Source of the DNA: an uncultured Candidatus Bathyarchaeia archaeon
GTDB taxonomy: Archaea; Thermoproteota; Bathyarchaeia; 40CM-2-53-6; DTDX01
NCBI GenBank assembly: GCA_964608455.1
Contig: CAZSNM010000005.1
Span: 4,069 to 68,068 of the forward strand
Direction of reading: 5' to 3'
Length of the DNA: 64,000 bases
The position numbers and the translations under genes were made by a program. The notes under the pieces are model-generated. The model made no database searches and was not told the origin of the DNA. It saw only the letters and a program-made list of their open reading frames with translations. Numbering within the stretch: position 1 is the stretch's first letter; each line of letters opens with the position of its first letter. Of the stretch, positions 1-9,682 are shown piece after piece.

Positions 1-226
1 TAACTCTAGATAAATGATTTAAATCGGTTTTGCTTTCTCTTGCTTGAGTGCAAAAACCACAGTTAGCAATGCATTTTCCTTCATAAAAAGTCATTAAATA
101 AATTGTTTTTGGAGAAACATTTATAAAGCCTTTTTTTAACCCAATTAATATTGCTGAACCTATTGAAACTCTAATTTTGCTTGGTAGAATTAAGTTTGAT
201 TCTTTAAATTTAATAGCAGTTTCCAT
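1..226 (-). CDS. Radical SAM protein, biotin-synthase-related (possibly archaeal LipS-type); 5' part only, runs off the window
   Basis: Not in ORF track; manual translation from ATG at 226: METAIKFKESNLILPSKIRVSIGSA...GKCIANCGFCTQARESKTDLNHLSRV with CxxxCxxC. Confidence 0.7.
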   Translation of the reverse strand, partial: METAIKFKESNLILPSKIRVSIGSAILIGLKKGFINVSPKTIYLMTFYEGKCIANCGFCTQARESKTDLNHLSRV

Positions 227-232
227 TTTTAC

Positions 233-1477
233 TCAATAACCAAACTTTTCTGAAATACCCATATAGTTTGTTAAAATGGCCATTATATCCATTCCTTTTA
301 TTCTGCATAAATTTCCTTGAGAAGCTGTTTTTTCACAAAATTTCTTGATTTCACTATGAAAGGTTTCCGGTCCATGAATTAAAATTGGAGTGGGGTCGCC
401 TGAATGATCTTTAAAGTTTATTGGAGTGCAATGATCAGCTGTGATGGCAACGTATGTTTCATTTAAATCTAATTGATCAATTAATCTACCAATCATTTTA
501 TCTATATTTTCTATTGCTTCAACTTTAGCTTTAAAGTTTCCATCATGCCCTGCCACATCTGTAGCTTTTACATGAAGAAGAACAAAATCATAATGTTTTA
601 TAGCTTTAGCTGATTCATCAGCTTTACCATTAAAATTAGTGTTTAATCCTCCAGTAGCTCCTTTAACATCTATTATTTCCATTCCAGCTATACGGCAAAC
701 CCCTTTAACTAAAGCTACAGCTGCTATAGCAGCTGTTTTAATCCCATATTTTTCCTGAAAAGTTTTAAGTTTAAAATATGAGCCTGCACCTCTAGCTAAA
801 ATTATGTTTGCAGGTTTTTCACCTATTTTAACTCTATTTAAATTTATTTGATGGTTTTTAAGAACATGAAAAGATTTTTCCGTAAATTCATTTAAAGCTT
901 TAGCCATTCTTTCAGCTTCAATACTATCATCTAAAGGTTTAGATTTCAATGGTTTAACACCAATTTCATGCGGATCTGTATCGCTTACATTTTTAGAAAG
1001 TTTTTCTCCACGAAAAATTAAAACACCTCTATGCTCAATTGTTGGATAAAACTCTACTGAAACACCATTAACACTTTCAATTTTTATTTGATTTATTGCT
1101 TCGGCTAACTCCTTAATTCCAGTTTTTATTCTTCCAGCCCTTCTATCAACAATTGTTAAATCTTCATTTACAGTAGCAAAATTTGCTCTAAAAGCTATAT
1201 CACCAGGTTTAAGCTGGATTCCAGCTCCAGCAGCTTCTAAACTTCCTCTACCAGCATAACATTCATAGGGATTATAACCTAAAATAGCTAAATGAGCTAC
1301 ATCGCTTCCAGGTCTAATACCTGGACTTATAGGATCCATTAATCCAACTAACCCTTCTTTAGCTAACTTATTTAGGTTTGGAGTATTAGCTGCCTCAAGA
1401 GGTGTTTTATAATCATATTCTTTTGCAGGTCTATCGCCCATTCCATCGCAAATTATTAAAATAGCTTTTTTACTCAT
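233..1477 (-). CDS. apgM: 2,3-bisphosphoglycerate-independent phosphoglycerate mutase (archaeal type)
   Basis: IICDGMGD, PGSDVAHL, DRRAGRI, TDVAGHDG, TADHCTP metalloenzyme motifs. Confidence 0.92.
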   Translation of the reverse strand: MSKKAILIICDGMGDRPAKEYDYKTPLEAANTPNLNKLAKEGLVGLMDPISPGIRPGSDVAHLAILGYNPYECYAGRGSLEAAGAGIQLKPGDIAFRANFATVNEDLTIVDRRAGRIKTGIKELAEAINQIKIESVNGVSVEFYPTIEHRGVLIFRGEKLSKNVSDTDPHEIGVKPLKSKPLDDSIEAERMAKALNEFTEKSFHVLKNHQINLNRVKIGEKPANIILARGAGSYFKLKTFQEKYGIKTAAIAAVALVKGVCRIAGMEIIDVKGATGGLNTNFNGKADESAKAIKHYDFVLLHVKATDVAGHDGNFKAKVEAIENIDKMIGRLIDQLDLNETYVAITADHCTPINFKDHSGDPTPILIHGPETFHSEIKKFCEKTASQGNLCRIKGMDIMAILTNYMGISEKFGY

Positions 1478-1560
1478 TTAACATCCTTCTCCTTAAAACA
1501 GTTAGAAAAATTATTAAGAATGTTAAAGATAAATATTTCAAGTTTTTAGAGGTTATAAAA

Positions 1561-2172
1561 TTGTATGCAGAATCATTAAGAAAACTTACCTCTCTATTAA
1601 TTTTAATTAACCTATCAACTTATGGTTTTTTAGCCTTTTTAAGCAAAAACCCATTAATTATAGATTATAATTTGCTTGCGATTTACGGTCAATATAATTT
1701 ATTTGTTTATGAAGGTTGGTATTGGCAACTTTTCACTTCATTATTTATTCATGCTAATTTGCTTCATGTTTTAGGTAATTCTTTATTCTTAGCTTTTTTC
1801 GGTTTTAAAGCTGAGGAATTATTTACAAAAAAAGTTTACTTATTTACATATTTTGCTTCAGGTTTAACAGGAAACTTGCTAACTTTGTTGATGGGAGCAA
1901 ATATTGTTTCAGTTGGAGCTTCGGGAGCAATTTTTGGTCTTTTCGGTGCCTCAACAATATATATGAGGAAAACAATGAATCAATCTATTTTAAGCGCTTT
2001 AATATATGCTATGTACTTATTTTTAATGAATATTGGAGCAAACATAAATTTAGTCTCTCATCTCGGAGGATTGGCAACTGGATTAATGATTGGTTATATT
2101 TTAGCTAAAAAACCAAGAAGCTACTATACTTTGCATTATAGTATACGCTATGTAAATGTAACTATTCCTTGA
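1561..2172 (+). CDS. Rhomboid intramembrane serine protease
   Basis: FIHANLLHVLGN, catalytic GASG, SHLGG; multiple TM segments. Confidence 0.9.
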   Translation: MYAESLRKLTSLLILINLSTYGFLAFLSKNPLIIDYNLLAIYGQYNLFVYEGWYWQLFTSLFIHANLLHVLGNSLFLAFFGFKAEELFTKKVYLFTYFASGLTGNLLTLLMGANIVSVGASGAIFGLFGASTIYMRKTMNQSILSALIYAMYLFLMNIGANINLVSHLGGLATGLMIGYILAKKPRSYYTLHYSIRYVNVTIP

Positions 2173-2367
2173 TTAAAGTTAATTTTCCAGCTTCTAAAGA
2201 TAACTTTATTTATTAGTTTGAGTATTCATTACCTCTCTTCTATATTTTTCTTTTTCATTAAAGCATAAGTTATACCACCTGTTTCACTTTTGTCAACATA
2301 AGCTAATATGAAAAATGTTTTTCTAGTCTATTTTATAAAAAGATAAAGAATTTTTAGCTTCAATATT

Positions 2368-3033
2368 TCAAGTTGAGGCTTTAATTGCTAAATTGGATTC
2401 TGCAAAAAGAACTTCAGGCAATTCATAAAGAAAACTTTTAAACCTTAATATTGGCACTATTAATGAACCATTAAGGCTTTTATATGGTACATCAGCTAAA
2501 GTAATTATTAAAGGTAAAATCATAAAGCTTTTGTTTTTCTCAATTTTTAATTTTAAAATTAAATTAGGCAGCGATTTGCTAAATGATTTAACTCTTTTAA
2601 AATGTTTTTCTGCAGCTAAAGCAACCTTGCTTTTATACCAACCAAAACGCCATCCTTTGCAATCTAAGCATAGAATTACCGGTTCCTTAATGCCTATAAC
2701 ATCAATTTCCCATTTTTTATTTTTTATATCCTTAAATATGAATCTTTTAAAGGTTAAGTAATTGTTATACTCAAGAATTACAGAGCTGAATTCCTCAAAT
2801 TCTTTCCAATCTAGTAATCGAGAAATTTTTTCGAAATCAACTCCAAGATTTACAGCTTCAACAGCAATCATTAAACGATTAAAAGAATCAACATATATTT
2901 TTTCACCATCAAATTTTAATAAACCTTTATTAAAAGCCTCATTTATTTCAGTTAAATTAAACTTATTAAAAGTTAAAACTTTATTTTTTTTAGTTTGATT
3001 TAAAATGGAAAGAAGAAAATTTTTTGTAAACAT
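2368..3033 (-). CDS. PD-(D/E)xK nuclease-fold protein (Mrr/NERD-like)
   Basis: WKEFEE...EIDVIG...LCLDCK pattern. Confidence 0.6.
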   Translation of the reverse strand: MFTKNFLLSILNQTKKNKVLTFNKFNLTEINEAFNKGLLKFDGEKIYVDSFNRLMIAVEAVNLGVDFEKISRLLDWKEFEEFSSVILEYNNYLTFKRFIFKDIKNKKWEIDVIGIKEPVILCLDCKGWRFGWYKSKVALAAEKHFKRVKSFSKSLPNLILKLKIEKNKSFMILPLIITLADVPYKSLNGSLIVPILRFKSFLYELPEVLFAESNLAIKAST

Positions 3034-3034
3034 T

Positions 3035-3394
3035 TTAAATCTTAATTGGTTTAATAATCCCCGCTAAAGTTAAATTAACAATACTGTTAATGCTTGCTTC
3101 TCCACTCACTTTACCATATTCATTTTTTATTTTAGTCCAAGCTAATTTGGTTCTTCCGCTTTTAGAAATATAAGTTATTTTTAAAATTTCTTTTGCCTTA
3201 ACAAATTTTACATTTTTAATCATCCCAAGCAACTCTTTATATTTAGCTTCAATAATAATTATTGATCCTTCACCAATTTTTTCAGGAAAAACCTCTTTAT
3301 TAAACATCCATTCTTTAGGAATAAAGCTTTGACAAACATTTAATATTAAGAATTTTCTAAAAGCTTCAAGTTTGCATAAAGCATTTATTTCCAT
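3035..3394 (-). CDS. Hypothetical protein
   Basis: 119-aa ATG ORF ending 1 nt before the next gene, co-oriented. Confidence 0.6.
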   Translation of the reverse strand: MEINALCKLEAFRKFLILNVCQSFIPKEWMFNKEVFPEKIGEGSIIIIEAKYKELLGMIKNVKFVKAKEILKITYISKSGRTKLAWTKIKNEYGKVSGEASINSIVNLTLAGIIKPIKI

Positions 3395-3414
3395 ATTTTA
3401 TTAATTTTGAAGTT

Positions 3415-3735
3415 TTAGGAAACCTCAATAATTAATTGATATTCAGGAACATTTAATAATGTTAATTCTAATCTCCAAAATTCATCTTCAGCAGGAGAAG
3501 GTATTGAAAGCAAGCATTTTTTATAGCAATGATATTCTACATTTAAACCTGATACATTTATAATTGTTCTTTCAGTAATCTTCATATCCTTTTCGGTATA
3601 AACTTTATTTAATGCTTGAATTTTTACTTCAATTGAGCCCAAACCCAACCAAAAACATTCAATGCAAATTTGATTTGCTCCTTTCCTAACTTTAAAATTA
3701 AATGTTGCAGGAACCAAATAAGCTTCTTGAAGCAA
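3415..3735 (-). CDS. Hypothetical protein (beta-rich)
   Basis: 106-aa ORF, TTG start preceded by GGAGGTGA Shine-Dalgarno. Confidence 0.65.
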   Translation of the reverse strand: MLQEAYLVPATFNFKVRKGANQICIECFWLGLGSIEVKIQALNKVYTEKDMKITERTIINVSGLNVEYHCYKKCLLSIPSPAEDEFWRLELTLLNVPEYQLIIEVS

Positions 3736-3896
3736 ATTTTCACCTCCAATAAGTTTTTAAGTTAAATTATAAAAATAAACTTTCTTAAGCTTATTGAAAA
3801 TTGAATAAAATTATGAAGATTTTTACAAAAACAATTAAAAAATATTATTAAAAGCGGGTAAATTAAAAAAATAAAAAATATTTTTGGTGAATATGT

Positions 3897-4094
3897 TTGC
3901 CTCAAGAAACTGTTTGTTCAGGTTGCGGTACTATTCTATATAAGGGTTTAGAGCCTGAACCTCCAATTGAAACAGTTAAAAGATATAATGGTGTTTGCCC
4001 CAATTGCGGAAGAAAACTTAATATAGACCCTGAAGAAATTGAAATTCAAGCTTCAAGAAAAATTAAGCAAGTTATAAAGTTAACTAGCTTTTAA
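3897..4094 (+). CDS. Small zinc-ribbon protein
   Basis: CSGCG ... CPNCG; GGTGA SD upstream. Confidence 0.75.
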   Translation: MPQETVCSGCGTILYKGLEPEPPIETVKRYNGVCPNCGRKLNIDPEEIEIQASRKIKQVIKLTSF

Positions 4095-4136
4095 ATAAGA
4101 AAAACTTTTAAAGCTTATTTTATTTACCGCTTATCT

Positions 4137-4403
4137 TTATTTCTTTTTTTCCTCAACTTTTTCAGCTATTTCCTTAGCAATTTCCTCTATGCTTTTTCCT
4201 CTAGTGTCTATCCCTAATTTTTCAGCTGTTTCTAAAATAGCTTCTTTTCCGCTTTTTTCAGATTCAGTTCCTTCAACAGCTTTTTTATATTGTCTTATTG
4301 AATCTCCAATGGATCTAGCAAGTTCAGGAAGTTTTTTTCCTCCAAATAAAATTAAAACTATAGCTAAAACCAATGCTATTTCCCATGGACCAATAAAGGC
4401 CAA
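4137..4403 (-). CDS. tatA: Twin-arginine translocase TatA/E subunit
   Basis: IGPWEIALVLAIVLILFGGKKLPELARSIG signature. Confidence 0.92.
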   Translation of the reverse strand: MAFIGPWEIALVLAIVLILFGGKKLPELARSIGDSIRQYKKAVEGTESEKSGKEAILETAEKLGIDTRGKSIEEIAKEIAEKVEEKKK

Positions 4404-4492
4404 AACTTTAAACCTCCTTTTCCTTTACATTTAAAATTAAGGTTTCCACTACTACTTAAATCTTTTTCACTTTTAGTAGTAAGTTATAGATT

Positions 4493-4729
4493 TTAAGCTG
4501 AAATTAATGTAGCAGTTTTAACTATTCCAGGAATCTTTCTAATCAATGCTACTGTTTCGCTTAAAATTGAAAAATCATTAAGCTCAATTCTAACTATTAC
4601 ATCATATTCTCCATAAACAACTTTTGCTTCTGTAACGCCTGGAAACTTTTTTGCTTCTTTAACTACTTCTCTTTCTCTTCCAGCTTGAGTATTTATAAGC
4701 ATATAAACAATTGATGATTTTTCCTTCAA
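4493..4729 (-). CDS. Stand-alone Lrp/AsnC ligand-binding (RAM) domain protein
   Basis: VYGEYDVIV motif, 78 aa, no HTH. Confidence 0.85.
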   Translation of the reverse strand: MKEKSSIVYMLINTQAGREREVVKEAKKFPGVTEAKVVYGEYDVIVRIELNDFSILSETVALIRKIPGIVKTATLISA

Positions 4730-4796
4730 AAATTAATCAACCTCAAAATTTAATTTTACTTTTATATAGCAATTTTATGCTTTAAATATTTTAGAT

Positions 4797-5921
4797 TTAA
4801 AATGGAAAGGCTATAAAGCATAGAATTAACATAACTATGGAAAGTATATAAAGAATTTTTCTAGAGTTGCTTAATGGAGAAACATCATCTAATGGTTCAG
4901 CACCTATTACTCCTCGTCCACTTCCAAACATCCATAACAAAAGAAATAGAGCAAAAAACCAATATCCCGAAAAAATCAATATAATTAACCCAATTAAAGA
5001 AGCGACTTTATGTCCTGAAGCCCCGAATATAGCTCGAGCTACATGACCTCCATCAAGTTGCCATATTGGAAGAATATTTAAAAATGTTAGTAAAGCGCCA
5101 ACCCAGGCAGCAAACTCTATTTGAGTTAAAACAAGCCTAAAACCTTGAGGAATTTGACGAATCAAAGGTAAAAGAATTTCAAATAATAATGGTGATTTTG
5201 GCCAATCCATTCTTTGAACTAGTTTTTGCTGCTCCCAAACGGCTACTTCAGCTTCAGGCACAAGAAAACCTAATTGAAAACTTAATATAGCTATAAGAAT
5301 TGTAGCTATAAACCCTGCAAATGGACCTGCAAATCCTATATCAAAAAGCTCATCCTTATTTGTTGGAGGAGACTTTAATGATACTATTGCTCCAAAAGTT
5401 CCAAATGGTGGAGGACCAGGAATAAAATATGGTAAAGAAAAAGTTAATCCATGAATTTTACAAGCAAGAATATGCCCTGATTCATGTAAACCAATTATAG
5501 CAAAAAGCGATATAGTGAATAAAGCTGCTTGAAGAAAAGCATTTTCACTTTTCATTAAAATTTCTTTTAATATTGGAGTATTAATGAAGCTATAGTATCC
5601 GGCTAAAAATATTGTTCCTAAAGTTGCGCTTAATAATATAAGGTTTAAAAGGTTGCTTTTTCCTTTTCTTTCAAAAGGTTTTAAAAGAATTTTTATAACA
5701 TATCGATTTTCTTCTTTTCTTAAAAAAGGCATTAAATTAAGTTTCATAAATTCTTTAGAAGCTTTCTTAAAGTTTTCCTTGGTTATTTCAGGTGAAATAA
5801 TAAAGTTTGGAATTCCCTTTTCATCTATATATGCATCTAACACATTAAATTTAGAGGAAATTAAAGCTTTTAATTCAGGGAATGAAGGATAATAGGGTGT
5901 TTCTAAATAATTAAAAGCCAT
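4797..5921 (-). CDS. Site-2 protease (M50) membrane metalloprotease
   Basis: HESGH, AGP, NILPIWQLDGG. Confidence 0.9.
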   Translation of the reverse strand: MAFNYLETPYYPSFPELKALISSKFNVLDAYIDEKGIPNFIISPEITKENFKKASKEFMKLNLMPFLRKEENRYVIKILLKPFERKGKSNLLNLILLSATLGTIFLAGYYSFINTPILKEILMKSENAFLQAALFTISLFAIIGLHESGHILACKIHGLTFSLPYFIPGPPPFGTFGAIVSLKSPPTNKDELFDIGFAGPFAGFIATILIAILSFQLGFLVPEAEVAVWEQQKLVQRMDWPKSPLLFEILLPLIRQIPQGFRLVLTQIEFAAWVGALLTFLNILPIWQLDGGHVARAIFGASGHKVASLIGLIILIFSGYWFFALFLLLWMFGSGRGVIGAEPLDDVSPLSNSRKILYILSIVMLILCFIAFPF

Positions 5922-6043
5922 TCTACTTCATCCTTTTAATTGGGATAATGATGTTTAATCTTATTTATTAATTTTATGAAATAATAATTGAAAATTAAAT
6001 AGAAAAACTTTAATAAAAATGAAGGTTTACGAATTTTCAGGAT

Positions 6044-6520
6044 TTGATAAAAATGTTTGTTATTAGAAGGTTTAATCCAAACGATTTGAATGCTGTAATC
6101 GAAATAAATAGAAGATGTCTTCCTGAAAATTATACAATTAATTTCTTTATGGATATTTATAGAAATTGTCCTGAAGCTTTTTTAGTGGCTGAAGCTGAAG
6201 ATAAAATTGTTGGATATATAATGTGCAGATTAGAATATGGCTTTTCAGATTTTAACAGATTTAAACTTGTTAAAAAGGGGCATATTGTTTCAATAGCTGT
6301 ACTTAATGAATATAGACGAAAAGGAATAGGTTCATCTTTAATTGCTCAAGCCTTAAAAGAGCTTGCTAATGCTCAAGCTAAAGAATGTTATTTAGAGGTT
6401 AGAATTACTAATGAAGCGGGAATAAACCTTTATAAAAAGTTTGGTTTTGTAATTACTCAAAGAATAGCTTATTATTATCATGATGGAGAAGATGCTTACG
6501 TAATGTCTAAAAAGCTTTAA
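6044..6520 (+). CDS. N-terminal acetyltransferase (Ard1/RimI-like GNAT)
   Basis: LPENY, GHIVSIAV, RRKGIG, LEVRITN, YYHDGEDAYVM. Confidence 0.9.
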   Translation: MIKMFVIRRFNPNDLNAVIEINRRCLPENYTINFFMDIYRNCPEAFLVAEAEDKIVGYIMCRLEYGFSDFNRFKLVKKGHIVSIAVLNEYRRKGIGSSLIAQALKELANAQAKECYLEVRITNEAGINLYKKFGFVITQRIAYYYHDGEDAYVMSKKL

Positions 6521-9261
6521 GTTTTAACTTCTGGATAACTCATAGACTTAAATTTTAAAGATTTAAGTTGAAGAGAAATCCTTTTTAATAATTCTTCTTC
6601 AGTGATGTTAAGGGAATGAAGCCAAGCTTCTAATTGTTTTTGAATAGAAACAACATTAATGTTTTTTTCCATTAAAATTTCCCATTCATCTTTAGAGTTT
6701 TCATAATTCCATTTTGGAAGTAAAAACTTGTTTATTTTCATTTTTTTGGCTTTTAAAGCTGCAAGAAATTTTCCTGCACCTCTCCATCCAACACCGCCTA
6801 CTGGACCGACATTCCCTTTAATATCTCCTTTTCCAGTCATAACTACTGTTGGTTCAACTTTTATTTGAGTAAGCTCTGAAATAGCTGCTACGCTAAAAGC
6901 AACTCCTAAGCTTGGACCGCTAACTCCTAAACCTGAAGCCCCCTCCAATGGGCTAACAACTTCAAATATAAAATCGAATTTGGAGATGTCTTCACCAATT
7001 TTTTCTCTAACATATTTTTTAATGTACTCAACTACGTTTGCAGCACTTTCAATTACGCTTGTATCTTCAATAGCTGTTGGACCAACAATTGTTGACTTTG
7101 AAGCGCCTGTTACAATAGTTTTTCCATCACCATTTGGATTTATTACACATTCAACTATAAGTATTATTCCTCTTCTACCAGTTGGATCAGTTCCAAGCCC
7201 ATAAGCCACACCAGTTTCTGGTTCCTCAAAAACAGCACTTTCCTGAACATCCATTAATTCCTTATCTATATCTTGTTCAAGTTGTTGTGCAGCTTTTTCA
7301 AAATGATAAAGTTTAATTTTATAGTTTTCTCCAGTTAAATCGATAGGATTTTTAATTAATTCTTCTTCTTTTAAATTTAATACTTCACAAAGCCTCTTTA
7401 TATCATCATAAAACATTTTTAAAACTTTGCGTTTATGATTTTCATCTCCTTTTTTAAGCTCCCAAGAAGCGATAATCTCTTGGGTTCTTAATCGATTAGC
7501 AGATCTTATTATTTCTGCAACAACCCTTGGAGAAACAATTCTATACTTTTTTATTATTCTTAATACGCCATCAATGGTAACTTCCGGATCTAAATGCTCT
7601 AAATAATGATTTAAATGAATTCTAATTATATCTCGTCTTTCAGCATCATTTCTTGGCAATGGTATTTCTATAATGTTTGGTTCAAAACGATTTAAAACAG
7701 CTTCATCAACAGCTTCAAGTCTATTTGTAGCAGCTATAACAATAACATTTTCGAGAGGTTGCAATCCATCAAGTTCAGTTAATATTTGAGCAGTTATTCT
7801 ATCGCCTACAGGATCTCCTTTACGCTTTCCAGCTATTATATCAAATTCATCAAAAAATATTATACTTGGAGCTGCTTTTCTAGCTATTGCAAATAAATCT
7901 CTTACATTTTTTTCAGGTTCACCAACCCATTTAGCATTAATAAGAAGTTGAGCTGCTGGAGCATAAAAGAATTCAGCACCATTTTCTCTAGCGATAGCTT
8001 TAGAAATATGAGTTTTACCACAGCCAGGTTCACCCCAAAGAATAAACCCCTTAGGAGGTATCCAACCAAGCTTATTTACAAGCTCGGGCTTTAAACTTAA
8101 TGAAATTGTTTTAAAAATTTTTTCCTTTATACCAAATAATCCTCCAACATCATCATAAGTTATTGAAGGTTTTATTTTAAGAACAGAACTTATAACTTCA
8201 ACGCTTTTTTCCTGTTCAACATATCCTCTAAGCTCTCTAGCTACAGCCTCAAAATCTTCTATTGAAACCCTATATTTAATCTCGCTTTTTTGAGTTAATC
8301 TTCTTTCTAGTCTTTCAAAAAGGCTTTTTCTAATTGGCGCTATTTTCTTTTCTCTAACCTTATTGCAAGCATCAATTATATCAAATGGGGTTAATTGTGT
8401 TTGCCTATAAATACTTACTCCTTTTTCTAAAGTTTTCATAACTTCCTCTGGATTTAAATAGTCCCATCCATGACTTTTAAGTTCTGAACTTAAAATAGCT
8501 AAAAGCATTTCCCTAGTTATGTTTTGATCCAAATCTATTGTAAACGCTCTTCTTCTTATATCTTCTCTAATAGATTCATACATGCTTGTAGCAGCTATTA
8601 AAATAGTTCTTGTTGATGTATCTAAAAGTCTTCTTAAATTATTTATGAAAATGCTTTGAACTCGTAAATCTTCCATTTCAGCTACTCTAGCCGCTTTAGC
8701 TGTATCAATTTTTTTACCAAAACTTTCAAATTCATCTATGAAAATTATGCTTGGCGTATTAAAGGCTTTATCAAAAATAGCCATTAAGTTTCTAGCTGAT
8801 TGACCATAGAGAGGATCAAAAACTTCAGGTCCTTTAACAAAAATTGGTTGAACATTTACACCATTTTTTATTCCATGCATAACTCCTTCTCTAATGCATA
8901 CTTCTGCAAGTAAAGATTTTCCGGTTCCGCTTGCACCTTTAAGAATAAAGAATTTTGGTGGTGGAGCATCCTTAAGTAATTCTTTTATATATTTATCTTG
9001 AACAACATGAAAGCTTATGCTGGACATTATAAGCTCATATTCTTTATCTCTTCCAACAAGTTTTTCTCTTTTTGAAGGATAATTTTTATCAAGCTCCTTC
9101 ATCAACTTTTGGAGTTTTCTTGGAGTTAACTTTGCATTTTTCCATCTTCGATACTCCTTAGTTGTAACATATAATGGGAAACTTAATAGCATACCAAGCT
9201 TAGGATAACGAATCCACCAAGGTTTAAATTCTTCATCATTCTTCTTCATCGATAAGCTCAT
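6517..9261 (-). CDS. Tandem Cdc48-like AAA ATPase fused to a C-terminal Lon (S16) protease domain
   Basis: D1 GASGTGKS / IIFIDEFE; D2 GEPGCGKT / KWVGE / IIFFDEFD / AATNR; C-terminal GVSGPSLG...VMTG...VGPVGG...GK Lon motifs. Confidence 0.85.
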   Translation of the reverse strand: MSLSMKKNDEEFKPWWIRYPKLGMLLSFPLYVTTKEYRRWKNAKLTPRKLQKLMKELDKNYPSKREKLVGRDKEYELIMSSISFHVVQDKYIKELLKDAPPPKFFILKGASGTGKSLLAEVCIREGVMHGIKNGVNVQPIFVKGPEVFDPLYGQSARNLMAIFDKAFNTPSIIFIDEFESFGKKIDTAKAARVAEMEDLRVQSIFINNLRRLLDTSTRTILIAATSMYESIREDIRRRAFTIDLDQNITREMLLAILSSELKSHGWDYLNPEEVMKTLEKGVSIYRQTQLTPFDIIDACNKVREKKIAPIRKSLFERLERRLTQKSEIKYRVSIEDFEAVARELRGYVEQEKSVEVISSVLKIKPSITYDDVGGLFGIKEKIFKTISLSLKPELVNKLGWIPPKGFILWGEPGCGKTHISKAIARENGAEFFYAPAAQLLINAKWVGEPEKNVRDLFAIARKAAPSIIFFDEFDIIAGKRKGDPVGDRITAQILTELDGLQPLENVIVIAATNRLEAVDEAVLNRFEPNIIEIPLPRNDAERRDIIRIHLNHYLEHLDPEVTIDGVLRIIKKYRIVSPRVVAEIIRSANRLRTQEIIASWELKKGDENHKRKVLKMFYDDIKRLCEVLNLKEEELIKNPIDLTGENYKIKLYHFEKAAQQLEQDIDKELMDVQESAVFEEPETGVAYGLGTDPTGRRGIILIVECVINPNGDGKTIVTGASKSTIVGPTAIEDTSVIESAANVVEYIKKYVREKIGEDISKFDFIFEVVSPLEGASGLGVSGPSLGVAFSVAAISELTQIKVEPTVVMTGKGDIKGNVGPVGGVGWRGAGKFLAALKAKKMKINKFLLPKWNYENSKDEWEILMEKNINVVSIQKQLEAWLHSLNITEEELLKRISLQLKSLKFKSMSYPEVKT

Positions 9262-9610
9262 ACCATTCCCTCTTTTTAGCTATTCCATAAACTATTCCAG
9301 TCAAAATAACAGGAAAAATAGGTAGGAGTAAAATGGATTTTGAAATATGGATAAACAGATTTTTTCCAGTTAAAAACTTGAAAGTAAAACTTCCAAAAGT
9401 TAAAATTAAAGCTTCAAGTTCAACAATTCCAAAAGCTATTAAAAAGGCATAAAATAAAACTCTTATAATCATCGCTATAGAATCCTTTTTAACCCATCTA
9501 TCTCTTTTCCTAACTTTCATATCTTTAATATTTAATATTCCAACTGAAATAAATAAAGTTAATATAACAGCATATGAAGCAAATACTATTAGGGGAAAAA
9601 AATTAACCAT
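9236..9610 (-). CDS. Small membrane protein (about 3 TM helices), overlapping the start of the AAA-Lon gene
   Basis: Three hydrophobic stretches; 26-nt overlap with 6517..9261. Confidence 0.75.
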   Translation of the reverse strand: MVNFFPLIVFASYAVILTLFISVGILNIKDMKVRKRDRWVKKDSIAMIIRVLFYAFLIAFGIVELEALILTFGSFTFKFLTGKNLFIHISKSILLLPIFPVILTGIVYGIAKKREWYELIDEEE

Positions 9611-9682
9611 AAAAATGTTCCCTAGTAAATATTGTTTTTCATCCTCAAAAATATTTCGTTTTTCTTTGGTGATTAATTAAAA

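Noticed and set aside
2229..2325. Minus-strand protein-like fragment (FFILAYVDKSETGGITYALMKKKNIEER)
   Set aside because: No usable start before an in-frame stop; too short to call a gene or pseudogene
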